The translations under genes were made by a program, and so were the position numbers. DNA of 64,000 bases from Octopus sinensis. Its lineage: Eukaryota. The notes under the pieces were generated by a model. That model did no database searches. It was not told the origin of the DNA and saw only the letters and a list, made by a program, of their open reading frames with translations. Where the stretch lies: NCBI RefSeq assembly GCF_006345805.1, contig NC_042999.1, forward strand, positions 120,776,001 through 120,840,000. Reading direction: 5' to 3'. The first letter of the stretch is position 1. Each line of letters begins with the position of its first letter. Positions 23,237-38,032 of this stretch are shown here, piece after piece.

Positions 23237-24299
23237 CATGTGTTTGTGAGGTACTTTCCGATTGTCCTGCCGAAATAAATGCAAAATTGGGAGTAACTCC
23301 TTCCCTGTACAAAGGGACTACTCATCATGGTTTCCATCAGAAATTATGCGTTGGCCTCATTTTATTTAAACATAACTCTATCTATTGTTTATATCCAGGT
23401 TATTTTTCACAACCACTTCTACATTAAATTTGTTATCCAATTGTATTATACGAAAACTGATTTTCATTGAGCCGAACAGGTAGAAATCGTGAATCGCAGG
23501 GGTCCGCTTGTTTTTACAGTGAATGGAGAACAGCTTGCTAACTAAACTACTGATTGCTTGATGTGGCTCTTGAACTTCTTAGAACCTGGAGAATGATTTA
23601 CTTTATCAATAATTTAGTTATTCTTATGAGGCTTATAGTTATATATGCTAGGTACATTACTCATTCCATTGGATTTGGTTTTAATAAGATTAAATATCTT
23701 AAGGGTTGTGTAGAAAATATTTTATTGGTGGTCTTTAAAAGTTATATGTGGTCTATTACATAGTGGCTGTTCAACTCTGTCATATGACTAATTCGGTTGT
23801 TAGTTTTTAGACTTTTAGTTTTATTATGTGCTGATTATGTTGTTTCAAATTCTCCTATTGTTTGGATAATAATCAAATGTATATGTCTCGATATTCGACA
23901 ATTTAGTGTCTCATGTAACAGCATAAGACTATTTCTGGTACCTTCAAATCGCTTATATTCCTAGAAGTCTGCAAAAGGTATTTCTAACAAGATTGAAACT
24001 GGTCCTCCTAAAACAAGGTTGACTACTCGAATTCAATTCAAACTATACTAAAAGCTTGATACAAAGGGATAATGTCCGATTTTCCATGTCTTATCGCCTT
24101 TTTACTGTGTCTGATATTTTATCTTCAAAGAACAGTACATACACGTGTGTGTGTGAGGGTGTGTATAATTATGTATATATATATACGTATATATGTATAT
24201 GTATATAAAAGTGTGTATGTATTATGTATGTCTGTATATATATATTCATATATATATATATATATATATTCATATATATATATATATATATATATATGT

Positions 24300-24637
24300 G
24301 AAGGCGCATGGCTCAGTGGTTAGAGCGTCGAGCTTACGATCGTGAGGTCGTGAGCTCGAATCCCGGACCGGGCTGCGTGTTGTGTTCTTGAGCAAAACAC
24401 TTTATTTCACGTTGCTTCAGTTCACTCAGCTGTAGAAATGAGTTGCGACATCACTGGTTCCAAGCTGTATCGACCTTTGTCTTTCCCTTGGATAACACTG
24501 GTGGTGTGGAGAGGGGAGGCTGGTATGCATGGGCGACTGCTGGTCTTCCATAAACAACCTTGCCCGGACTTGTGTCTAGGAGGGTAACTTTCTAGGTGCA
24601 ATCCCATGGTCATTCATGACCGAAGGGGGTCTTTACC

Positions 24638-24642
<5 letters not shown>
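24300..24642 (+). mobile_element. tRNA-derived CORE-type SINE
   Basis: ggctcagtggttagagcg A box, gagctcgaatccc B box, CORE-like tgtgttcttgagcaaaacac...cttcagttcactcagctgtagaaatgag; inserted in (TA)n. Confidence 0.88.
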
Positions 24643-24677
<35 letters not shown>

Positions 24678-24678
<1 letters not shown>

Positions 24679-25389
24679 TAGCAGCTAAGCCCGGTTTCAC
24701 CCGGTCGGTTTGGATGATGTAGCTGTAAAATCTGCTCTGTGTAAGCTTTTGACTTGTTTGAGCACGCTTACGTTAAAAAACAATTTTAGAATGAATTTTT
24801 TAAGTCAAAACGCTAAAAATAACTGACTAACAGAAAAAAAACCAAGATTCAACCAAATCAAAAAACAAACCCAAATAGTAAGCGAACAAAGATGCCAAAC
24901 ATGAAGATGCAAAACAGCAGAAACATAAAAAATAAAACAAAAATTGAAAGAAATAAAAAATAGGTCAAAAATCCTAATTCAAAATTTTTAAAGGTAAAAA
25001 AAAACAACAGAAATTATAACTGAAAAGCATTAAACACCTCAACCTCAATGCGAAATACTACAAAAAATTTAAAAACCAAAAGGAAAAAAAACACCCATCT
25101 GAAACTGAAAAGCAAATAACTGAAACACTACAAAGAAAGACTTTTCAAAAGGTCCCACTTCTATTGCACGCGCACACGCACACACGCGCGCGCGCACACA
25201 CGCACATTCACATACCCCTCTTTTACATACACACACATATATTGACACAGTTGAAACGCTGTTTCATATATTTTTCAACGTACTATTTTCATCATTCCAC
25301 TACCAAGTATGATATTATCCCTTCCTACCTTATTCATCTATCACCCCTTCCTTTCTCATTCACAAACACAAGAGTATTATTATAGTAGA
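24678..25389 (-). mobile_element. Non-autonomous Helitron
   Basis: Minus strand begins TC (A|TCTACTATAATAATAC) and ends with hairpin ccgg-gtgaaa-ccgg followed by ..CTAG|T; inserted between A and T. Confidence 0.8.
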
Positions 25390-26949
25390 TCATCTCGGTA
25401 ACCATAGGTGCTATGAAAAACTACAAAGCCCAGCAACACCACCGGATCATTCTGCACGTCTGTGTAATTTTTTACGCAATCCCAACCATATTAAAAAAGT
25501 TTGTGTATATTTACCTACAGTGTTTTGTAATACAATCTGCTCTAATTCTCAAAATACTTGTAAGTTTTAGTTGTTTATGAGTGAAACTCTTTATGAGATA
25601 TAGAGTTGTACAATGTTAAAAATATCACCAGATTCCTCCAGGGTTCCAACTATATTTTCCGTTAAAACTGCTGCTCGTTAATGCATTGTTACATTGACGT
25701 GGTAAAAAATATATTGAAAACCCACGTAGGATATAACGAGGAAATTGCATGGTTTAATCCACGTCATTATTGTTAACACTACTATTGAGAAAATACTTCT
25801 AAAACTTGTACATTTCCATTTTCCAATTGCACCTAAATATAGAAGGAATTTCAGGCTCAAGACACCAACAATGCTACCTTTAGATTTGCCATCTATCAAT
25901 ATTAGGAAAATATCGAATAATAAAAATCATTGTAGCTTCAATAATAGCAGCAACCGACCAAATGTAAATACTTTGAAATGGTATTAATTTTTGCAATTAA
26001 ATCTAAAGTAAATCAGAATGGTTTCCATCATAGCTCTTTAAATACAAACCCATCGAAATCTCATAAAGTCTCATAAACCAACAATTACAGAAATTTTAGA
26101 ATCACTTAGCAAAGATATGATCCCACACTAACCACTAATATTTGGTATCGGCAGCTTGAAAACTTCCGTGAATTGAAATGCTATTTCTCAGATTACCTTC
26201 ATAGCTATTAACTACAGGACACCGACTTTAGTTTGAATACACTTGCAAAAACTTGTCATACTCACACTAGAAAAAGCGCTAAAACACCATACATCAGTGT
26301 CGCTTTTACACACATGAGAGAATAACTATTGTAATTTTTATAACCAACATATATAAAACCAGTCGCCAGTTATCAACTAGGATATAATTATGGTGACGTT
26401 AAAATAACTCCACATCCCCAATAAGTCCCGTATTCTTATCTATCTATCTATCTATCTATCAGTATTTATGTATAGATATTTATGTGTATATATGTATGTA
26501 TATGTATTCATATGTATGTGTATGTGTGTGTGTTGTGGAGGGATTCCGACCACCACCCGAGTAACTAAAAGTGGACTGACTCATTGTTATAAATTAAAGA
26601 ACTGTGAGAGATTGGCAGTTAGGGTTGGTAAGCAGTTCACTGTGAGCCGTGATTAAGAGCGTTGAGTGTCATGTATTATGTCCCTTAACATCTATAAGTA
26701 ATAGGAGTGTTTGTCCTTTTTTAATTAGATGATTTACTCTTCCGCCAAACCACGTGACGGTATAATCGTCTTCAGACTCGACTTTTCTACACCAGAAATA
26801 TTCCGGCTTTGGCTTGAATCCCGACAGTGTTGATAGCCTAGTATTCGAGTTGAGTGCTTCTCTGGAAATACCCCAACTTCACACCCAGCTGATTTTAGCC
26901 ATTTGCTATATATATATATATAACCCTCTGTTTATATTTTCTATCATAT

Positions 26950-27572
<623 letters not shown>

Positions 27573-27849
27573 TAGGGTTAAAAATATTATGACTAGGACA
27601 TTTTTATCTATTATTTTCTAAAATCTCATAAACCAACATCAATAACTATTGAAACTTTTAATCTATCTGCATATGCATATGCACCTAAAAAAACTCCATG
27701 TATGTATATATATATATATATATATATCCATATTATCCAAAATCTTATAAATATACTTCACTAGTAAAACAAATGATAATTTTTTCCTCATGATAAAACA
27801 CTAGGAAAAGAAATTTAACTACACGAACAAAGGGAGATTACTCGTTATT

Positions 27850-28445
27850 ACAATTACAGAAACAAGAAAAACGTAACGGATTATAAAACCTACCCCATGT
27901 TTTTAAGATGTTTTTCGCATACACATGTAAATTCCTCTCAAGTAAGTGCTCTAGTTGCTGTCATCCAATGGGCGCAGAAACATAACATGCCACTGAATGA
28001 GAACATGTTTGAGTTAATCCACTTTGGTAAAGAGGCTGCATTTAAATACCATATATTCTTCCTTCAGGCGAACACCTCATGGCATCAAACACCACTATGG
28101 ACCTCGGTGTGACTGTCGACGATAACTACGCACATCACAATACTAAGACAGAACTACTTCTCAACTGGACCTGCTCTTTTTAACATCATTCCCAAACATA
28201 TAAAGGAGAAAAAAGATTTCATAACCTTCAAGAAGTTCCTGGATGAATATCTCCAACAAATCCCAGATAAACCACCTACATTCGGATATACTGCTGCAAA
28301 CAACGTCTCTTAAATCGAATGGGCAAAGGTGCCTAAAAATAACTATACAAAAATACATAACTAAATGTCTTTTCCAGGTGGTGCTATTAAGTTAGGTATG
28401 CCCTGGGCCAATGTGGCTGAAACCTGTCTAAGCATCTAAGTAAGT
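27850..28445 (+). mobile_element. CR1/L2-group LINE 3' fragment
   Basis: QWAQKHNMPLNENMFELIHFG, DLGVTVDDN-like and FKKFLDEYLQQIPDKPPTFGY remnants; 3' UTR ends ctaagcatctaagtaag. Confidence 0.82.
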
Positions 28446-28559
28446 TTGTAGTTTTTGTATGTATATTATTTATATTATCACATTCGATCGACTGAGAAAG
28501 GAAACCATCAGGACTATAGCCAGCGTCTAGTAATTTCCTCCAAGGAATGGCTAGGGGAA

Positions 28560-31440
28560 ATGTGAGGTGGTGACGGCATACCTTCAGAACTTCAGAACTT
28601 CAGCTGAGTTGTTTGCAATTTTACTTATAGCTGCTATGATATCTAGGACACCAAATGATATATCACGCAGAGTGTGCTCAGGGTTTGATTCGTCAATGCT
28701 GTTTAGATTTATCATATCCGATTTGCTAAAAGCGGAGCAGTATTGCTTCTGCAGAATCTCAACCAGGCCTTCTGTACCACATTGTACTGTGTTGTTTTCA
28801 TCAGTGAGAGGTCCAATAGATGAGACTGCAACCTTATGCTTTTTTAGCGAATGAGAAGAACACTTTCGGGATTGGCTTTTATTTTATCTATAGCCCAGTT
28901 CTCTTCTGCTTTTCTTTGATCGTCAATAACATTTTTCAAACAGTTTTGTAGATGGTGTTTCCTTGATTCTAGCGAGTTTATATCCGCCACATGGGAGTGT
29001 TGCAGCTGGCAATATTTTAGCCGGTTGATATTTTTTTTTATCTGGGACGTATTAGTCTGTATTTTGCTTTGTTCGTGGACCATAGTGGGGTGTTGTGTAG
29101 ATATATGTTTGTGACAATGTTCATAAATAGCTGCCATGATGAATCAATGCTTCTTGGAATTAAGGAGTCTGTGAAAGACCAATCAATGAGAGAGAGAGAG
29201 AGAGCTCATGGTTGATTGCAGACCATTTAGCATTGTGAAGATTCATGAGATCGAAGGGTGTGAGGGACAGAGATCACTCAGATGATCAATTGGCTGCCTG
29301 AATCTTAGGCGACAGAGAACCATATCGTGGTCGGAAAGAGATTTTTCCACCGTAATACCGTGGATATTGTTTGTGTGGTTGCTTGACACTAAGCCCAGAA
29401 TGTTCTTATTGAATCTATTGGCACGAGCACTAGATTGGACAGGAAAAATTCATCCATAATTTGAAATTGCGATTCCACTGCGGGTTTGTCTGAAGTGGAA
29501 ATGCACGCGCCAGTTTTTAGGGTATGAGTAGACCAGTTAACACAGGGGAAATCGAAGTCACCCATCATTAAAATATTATCAAGATGACATTGTTGAACGA
29601 AAGACTTGATATTCGTGAGACAGTCTTTGAAGCACAACAGTGGTGCATGAGGTGGCGTGTAGAGCCCAATTATTGCTAAATCATTTGTTTTCTTGTAGAC
29701 AGATACTGATTCACAATAGCCATTGAAAAATGAGACATTTGTTCTGCAGTAAATAAGTCATGTAGGAAAATGATAACTCCTCCTTTTCTTCTACCGATGC
29801 GGTCGGCTCGGAATGTGGTGAAATTCCTTATTTTTACTTCAGCTTCCAAGTGGGAGTTGTCAAATTGGGTTTCAGTAAGGATGAAGAAGGGAATATGATG
29901 AGTGTGATCAATGAATTGGATCTTTCATCATTTTGCATGGAAGGGGGTACAGATGACTAGAACATTCAGTAAGACTGTTGAGACTGGAGTAGTGGCCTGG
30001 TTAGACATTTTAGAGGCCTCGGTAGAGATTTATGGGTTAATGGTAGTGAGGAGGGTAGGTTTTGCATTAAGGTAGCAGCAGAGGTTGGTTCTGTGTGATA
30101 GCTAAGATACTCTTCTGCATCTCTTTAGCTAGGTTCCGCATGGATAAAAAAGAATGATTAATCTGGTTAAAAACTTCGTACCTGGAGTTGTGTTTATATT
30201 CACAGTTATGTTGGATGCTTCTACTGCTTCGAATGGATGTTCTCCAGTTCCTGAGCTGTTGGGGAAATTCGTGCCATTAGATTTATTTTTGTTTTTACTT
30301 GTTTGTGTTCACGTTGGGAGTGTGCTTATTACCAAGATTGTGGGAAAAGTGCGCACCGATGCTGCTGCAACAGGGTGGATATTTGTGGAGTGGATTCTGG
30401 TAATGGCTAGGAGTATTGTTTTTCATGGTACGTCGAGTCCCAGGGAGATGGGTAACATTACAATCTTTCTATAAACACTCTCTCACGCTGGGTGTAACGG
30501 CAGATTTTAGGGTTACGATTTCTTGATTTTGGTGGTGTTGCAATAATAGAAAGGAAATTGTGGAGATAGTTTCTATTGCTTGAGCGTCTTGTTCCTGGAA
30601 GATGAGTGAAATTACAATCACGGTTTGTACATGGCCTTTCGCGTAGGGAGTGGTGGCATATTTTTGGATTGTGATTTGAACTAGTGGTTGTTGTAGAGGG
30701 GAGTGGATTGTAAATAGTTTGAGATTTAAAATTGTTTGACTTTAATGGTGATAGGGTAGTGGGGACTGGAGAAGGGGAATAGAGCAGTGGTTGGTTTTAT
30801 ACACTGGCCGAGATAGTAGTAGTAGCAATGGTACTTGAGTTTATTAGTGAAGCTGTGATAGAAGGATACGGAGGAAGTAAGAGTGGTTGGGATTAGTCAC
30901 TGGCAGAAGTAGAATGGAATGTTTGACTTTGGCCACTAAGAGTAGTAGCAGTAGTAGGAGGAGAAGATGAAGAAGGGAAAGAAGTGGAGGGGTAAGTAGC
31001 AGTAGATGATGGAAATAGTGATGACGACGATGATGGTAGTGAGTCTATTGCGGTAAGGTGCTCATGGTCCCATTGTTGTTCTTTTAGCTGCTGATGTGAT
31101 TGTTGTAGTTGTTGTTGTTCATCATGGGCTGTGATGGATAAAAAATTTCGAGCTAGTTTATCCACGTGGTTACTCACGGTGCGATACGAAGTAGAGTTAT
31201 GCTTCAGTTTATTCTGTATTTGTCTCTCGTTTCGGTTATTAAAGAGATGAACAACCCTTTTAGCAACGAGATTGAAGTTTGAGGCATGTTTGTTATCAGT
31301 TTGAAAGAGAACGAATCATGAGTTAATGAGAGTATCCACTTCAATATCCGACCGGTTGCGACTTTTAAAGACGTGTTGTGTAAGCATTCTTTTTTTTGTT
31401 ACTGTTGATATTCCTGTTGCTGTAAACTATTTATGATTAT
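28560..31440 (-). mobile_element. CR1/L2-group LINE 5' part: ORF1 remnant and APE endonuclease, RT lost
   Basis: APE motifs ILTETQFD, FRADRIGRRKGGV, IGLYTPP, MMGDFDFPCVNW; then AIDKIKANPE..IGPL; tandem CCCH-like motifs at 30428-30671. The 5' boundary is approximate. Confidence 0.82.
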
Positions 31441-31699
31441 TTTTCAGTGTCTCCGATTCGTTGTTGGTTGCTTAACCAAGCTGTTTGTACAACAGAAAAT
31501 ATAGATAATAACAGTAAATATAGGTAATAAATATAGATGATAACACCAAATAAGGACAGAAATAAACAAAATATTTAAAATATTAACTTCTGTGGTGTAT
31601 TGAACGGTAGTAGACATTGATACTCGTATATGTTATAATGTTGAGATAATGTGAAATATGTGTTTGTTAATAGGAATATGGGGCGGAAGTAAAGTAAAT

Positions 31700-32790
31700 G
31701 GACCGCACCCACATTAGGATTTTTTTTTACAGGAACCAACTATATCGAGTGCGAAGGTTCTGCATCTGCGAAAAAAAATGCTTTTCAAAATTTTAATTCC
31801 ACCCCCATCCCCCAATTTCTTAAATTTTCAATTTTTAAAAATTGGGGGGGGGGTCGAAATACGCAGAAAAATACGGAGGTTTTGAATCTTTAAAAAAATA
31901 TGTAAAATTTCAATTTTTTGAAAAATAAATAAATACCCCCTCGCCCTATGACAAGAAGTGAAATGAAAGTATCTAAACAGAAAACCTGCTAGAAACACGT
32001 TATTCAAAATTTTAATACGAATTTAAACCCCATCACCCACTAATTTCTTAATTTTTCACTTATTTTAGAAATATTTTTTGGCGAAATACGAAGAAAAATA
32101 CGGAGGTTATGAGTCTAAAAACAAAATTGTTTGTAAAATTTCAATTTTCGAAAAGCTAGAGCGGCCAAAGGTGAGCTGTTCCCTACTACGTCCGAATATA
32201 TGTATACACAGTCTGCGCTAGTGTATCATTTTCAAAATTGAAAACATATTGGCTTTGGAGGAACGTTTTTCTAACTTCAACCTGCAACCAAATTATTCTC
32301 CTTATTATTCAAAAATTTTTTTACTTTTCGTTACGACTTTTTAGTTTTGAACTTTTTGTTTGAAATTTTTGAACTTTTAATACGTTTTTATCATTCTCGG
32401 AAGATAGGTTGCCCCCCGACAACAAGAGGCCAAAAATTTATATGAGAAAAAATTCATTAATTATTTAAAGAAAATCGGCTCGTTGTTAATCAGTTGTAGT
32501 GTAAATATGGGTATGAAATGGACATAAGGCCTTCACAGCGTGCAACAGACGGAATGGAATGGAGGTGTAGTAACTGTCGGAAAAGAGTTTCAATCCGAAG
32601 GGATACATTTTTGGAGAGAAGTAAACTTTCTATTTACCAAATATTTCATATCATATTCGACTTCATTTTCGAAATGCCGGTAACCAATTCTATGTGTGCA
32701 AACAATGTAAGTAAAGTGACTGCAATACAAGGTGTGAATATTGCCATGAAATCTTTTTGTAGCGTGATATGTACTCTAATAATGCATAAT
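31700..32790 (+). mobile_element. Merlin (IS1016/ISXO2-like) DNA transposon 5' fragment with ~220-bp subterminal tandem duplication
   Basis: DGMEWRCSNCRKRVSIRRDTFLERSKLSIYQIFHII..TAIQ then frameshifted CEYCHEI; 31787-31925 is similar to 32004-32155. Confidence 0.7.
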
Positions 32791-35700
32791 TTGGGTACTA
32801 ATTTTAGAACGGTTTCAGCATCAAATATCCATGCAAAGAGAGAATTTATACCTCGAATATTTCTCTATTACTTTGTACCATGAAATACGACGGCGTTACC
32901 TACAAGGATTTTTCTTAATATATTTACATAGTTTCAATGCATTTTCGTTATCGTAATTAAATTGGTAGTTCCTTCTAATTTCCTCTTGGACTGAACCGCT
33001 AAATTTACATTTTACTATTGGCATGCGTCTCAATTCAAAATCAATAATTTTAATCTATTTTCTTATTGTGGAGAATGAGATCATTTCTTTTCAGTTCATT
33101 AAAACACCTTAATATCACGTTCTTCATGTGTCGAAAGGTTATTTACAAACAACAATTGGATTATATGTATACACATTGTCACATTGTGTATTATATTATC
33201 AAATTATCTGGTGACAAAATTTGTAACTATTTAATGTTGTTTGCAAGTTCAGTTTGTAAGTGTGATATGCTTGAATGTAATTTATTCCTACCAAGTTTAC
33301 TCTTATAATAAATCTTTCAACTGAATTTTGGCAGGTTGATATCAATGCAAATTAATGTGCGTTAAGAAATAATTAAAGTTCTGATGAAGCAAATTAATGA
33401 CTGAGTTCCCATTTCTAGTTGAGGAATAAAGCTATACAGCGTATGTTAACCAATATCACTCTTATAGACAGAGCGACTGAAAATGCATTCCGATGTATTG
33501 CATGTTTCACTCCCACTCCCGCGCTCAACAGAATTCACGTTACATACTCTTTGTTTACTTCTCAACGAATACTACAACAAATTACAAACATTTTACTTAT
33601 TCAGCGCTCCTGCAATGAAACAATCTCTACTCGCTAGCTCAATCCGCTAAAAAAATACATCAAAATCTTTAAAAAATTTCATAATACATAAATGTATTGG
33701 ATAGCCATGTACGGAATATGCATCAGAAAAGACGGCAAGTTGCTCAACATTGAAATGTCGGTGAGCAATGGAAATTCCGGTCTGCTAGCACAAATCAGGA
33801 CAACTTGCATATTCGAAATTACATGGTACCAGCGCTTGTACACCATCAACGCAACAAAAGAAAAATACTAAGCTTGATGCTTCATATGCTTTCCAGACAT
33901 TTGTACATTACTGCATATACTCTGACAAGTTGTGGTGCACCTGAGCACTGTATACAATAATTTCATTATTTATTTCATATGGATATGCAAAATGTGAAGT
34001 CTCTTGTTGCCGATATAATAATTGTTGTAATTCCCGAGAAGACAGTCAATAACCAACATCAATCTAAAAGATTGTTGGTATTTACAGCAGAAAATTAAGA
34101 AAATATAAATAAACTATCAACGCAATGTTTAAAAGAATTAAGATTACATCTATTTGGAAAGCAAAAATGAAGCGAATTCCGTAAAACAGATCTTATACGA
34201 AAGAACAACACAAGAAGAGAAAGAGAAATTCTTCTCTCCATAGGTAACAACTAAAATGAAAGATGGGAATTTGTAGAAATTCACGTCACTCGATTGGTAA
34301 CCGTAGGAGTAGAACAAGAGAATAAAGTTCGGCAGAACAACGACCATGGAAGTATTTATAAATCAGAGATAAGCAAGTAATACTTTGGTGAAAAGAGAGT
34401 GGTTGAGGTCTAACAGCTAAAACAGTGCCAAAAGTGATATAAACTCGCTTTTGAACTCGATCAAGGAGAGAAAGATCTACCTCAGTGACCCTAACGCTAC
34501 GTGCTCAATCACCCTCTAACACCTAGACATATTGAACATATCAATCATATCCAAGAACACTTCTACTACCACCAAACAATACTATTGATCAACTCAGTCT
34601 AAGAAACCGAAAACAGAATATACACACGTATATTACTGCAGTATAAATAGATTCACTCCAAACACAGTCCCGGGTTGTATATTACTAAAGATAAATCCTG
34701 TGAAATAGCAATTGCATCGTTCTCATATTGTCCACATTATTGGCTTCTACTCTGGCTGACACAACAATACCGATTTCAATTTTATACGGCAGTTAGGTTT
34801 GCTGGAAACAATAGCCAAATATACTTTAATTCATCACTTGCCGTATATTCGAATGTTAGAATTAACGTTAATTAAAGTAATCCTGGCATACAATATTCGG
34901 AAAAAATATTATGGTCATGGCTAGAACGGATTTGGTCACCTCTTCTCGAACAGAGCAAACTGCGGGCTAAATAACTTCAAGAACAAATATATATATATAT
35001 ATGAACTAAACATACTTGATAGTGCATGATCACAGTCAAATTTCATAGTGTTCTGTTCAGTATGGCCTCGAGTAAGATCGGGGGACATAATCGTTCAAGA
35101 AACTACTTCACTACTTCTTACATTTAGTTGATCAGAACTAAACATTATTAGAACGAAAACATTATTCTAATCACATAAATTTATCAAAGGGATCAGTTTT
35201 GAATACACTTCGTCCAGAAGGCTCAAACTATACAGCCTAAACATAAATAATATAACCGCTAAAATATTCTCTCTTTCTCTCTCCCTCTCTCTCTCTCTAA
35301 TTCTAGACTTCTGCATGTATGTATTTTTTTCTCCTTATCTGTATTTTGCAAATTGAATTTGAAACACTGTACTTTATGTCCCATCACGAAAGGACAAAAA
35401 GTTATGCCTTGCCATATATCGCTCAAACACTCATATTTTCAATATTTAAAATATGAAGGTACAGTTCATAAATCCATTTTTCATCAACTTCATGCTCTTT
35501 TTCTCCTCGGTGCATCATTCTACAGAGTTAGATATGCTAAGATTTTCTCTCTTCTTATTCACAAGCGGCCGCCATAAATACTCCCCATGCTTCACTTATT
35601 TCTTGTGTCAGAAGATTACACTATAGACTTCATGTAGTGTGTGCCAAAGAGGCTGAATGTTAGCACAACTTATTAGCACTAGTATACCAAAATTTCTGTA

Positions 35701-37980
35701 ATATCTTCCATCCTATCCTCTGTTCTTTGTTGTCGAATTTACTGCTATTTATAATACCAAGTTTTACTTCTCTTTAACCTTCTGCATGCATCGATAACAT
35801 GCAACCTAAACACTTTACACCGGGCATACTTTGATTAAAATAAACAGAGCATCTCGATCTCGGTATAAAACCTAGCTTCCTTTAATATCCCCTAGGAATG
35901 CAGTAACTTGCTCTCTTGGCATATGAAATACATAATTAAACATTGGAAGTCGTTATAAATACTTCAACTTCTAATCTCAACTGGTCTACGTAAGTGAGTC
36001 TAAAAGAAAAATCAAAACTTGATAATAAAAATGTGATTTATTTTAACGCAAACCGTAGTTTAACTCTAATCAATATCTGATTTATTACAACTCAAGTAAA
36101 AAATAATTACATGAGAAGATTACTCCGAAAGCTACGAGACGATACCATTGCTAGCTATACTGATGTCGAAGACCATTCAACAGATTGCCTAAGAAACTAC
36201 CTTACGAGACAAGAAAAGTTATGAAAGTTACTGGACATTACACCACCTTTTCTGACTAGCTTAGAAAGAATAAGCTATTTCAATTTACTTATGAAACTAA
36301 ATTCTCGCCTGAAGAAAGGGACAACTTTTATATAATTGCATTTCCTATCTCCTATAAATCTACAGCTTTCTACTTGCATACGTAAGTAAGATATATTAAG
36401 TCATGTGAAAATACCTGAGAGAATAACAGACACATTCGAAGATTCAGATATTGAAGAATTTACGAGCTTTCCTGTCTAACAACGTATTTATAATAAACAA
36501 ACGTTAGAAAATAAATATAAAAATTACACGAGGAGATATGTCGCAACATTGATATATGAAAAAGTAAGAAAAGGAAGACTAGTTCATTTAATAGCCGATT
36601 TATATGAGGCATTGTACAATGCATAATAATACAGTGGTATATAGGTGTAAACTGAGTGGCCTCAGTAAAAGTTAAGAAGAGCAGATATTTATACAAACAA
36701 TTTCTAGACTGTCGCTGTGGAGGATACTATGTTCTGCATACTGGGAAAATTTAGGGTTAAAGTATGCAACGAAAAGCGTAAGAATATAATAAAAACAGCA
36801 TAAAATATTCAAGAGAGAGTAAACTTGAAGAAGGCTAGAAGAAATATACTGATGCAGTATAGGTCCATATAAATGGAAACAAAAACTACAGAAATAAACA
36901 CTTTCCAAGCATGTGCTGCGTTTTATAGATTAGTGTACAAATCAATGCTGTCATGTGTGTATCCGTTGCACGAAAATAATATATAAATGAATTAGACGTG
37001 ATCAGAGGAGCGAAATATTTCAGTATACCACAAGCAAAGGAAACAGACTTTACTTCTGAAAAGGTGTTGCAGATATCAAAACTAGTATGTGTTATTGAAG
37101 TAGGAGGATATATAGTTTATGTAACTAGGAAAATACTATATCACGTAAGCACAATAAGCGCGTGTTTCGATAAAAAGAGAACATCGCTTTAAAACAGAAT
37201 TAACTGCAAATAAGGTCAGCTTATGAAAACGAAAGGAAAATACATATAATATATAATTTATAAAAGATCGTTATTCTTATATCCAGAAATTAACAAATAA
37301 TTTTAAAGAGATACTTTTTAGAAACGGTAGAAGTTTCTTTTTTTATCTCTTTGTCAGGAGGGAAGCCTGTGCCAGTGACCATAATAGAGCCCCCAAGATT
37401 GATAGGTTGGAGGAAGGAATTTTTTCCTCAAGCTAAAATGCTGGCATAAATGATTACAAACAGAGTGGAGCTCACACGGTGCTAGAAGGTGATGTAAACC
37501 CAGAAAACAGGTTACGTTTATTACTCAAGCGAGCCATGGATGGATTTGATCTTAGAACACAAAGAGCTGAAACAAATACCACTTGTTACGACGTTCTTAC
37601 AGTCATACCAAACCACCGCCTTAAAAATGCTACTATTTTGTTACGTTCTGTCTTTAAAGGCTGTCCTAATGGAAATATAATTTTCTTCACTCTAGAGACA
37701 CTTCCTGATCTCTTTTGTGCACTTTGAGGCCCTAGACACAACAAGACGTTCAAGACTTAACTTATGTTTGCTGTACAGTGTTACCTGTAGAAATCCGTTA
37801 GTATATAAAATGGTTGTTGTTAAGTTAGATGAGAATAGCATTGTAGAACGAAACTTTTATTCACGAAAAGGTTAACTTAAAAAACACTTTGATAATGTCG
37901 AATATTCCTTACAACTTTCAAAATGTTGCAGTTCCTAACATACATACGCGCATACACACACGTGCATATAAACGCACGCA

Positions 37981-38032
<52 letters not shown>

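Noticed and set aside
26740-26785. Minus-strand CTGAAGA followed by a short hairpin
   Set aside because: GAAA is absent (GTCAC) and there is no stem I
26528-26885. Possible solo LTR (TG...CA)
   Set aside because: Termini are not clearly inverted, and no TSD or second copy is seen
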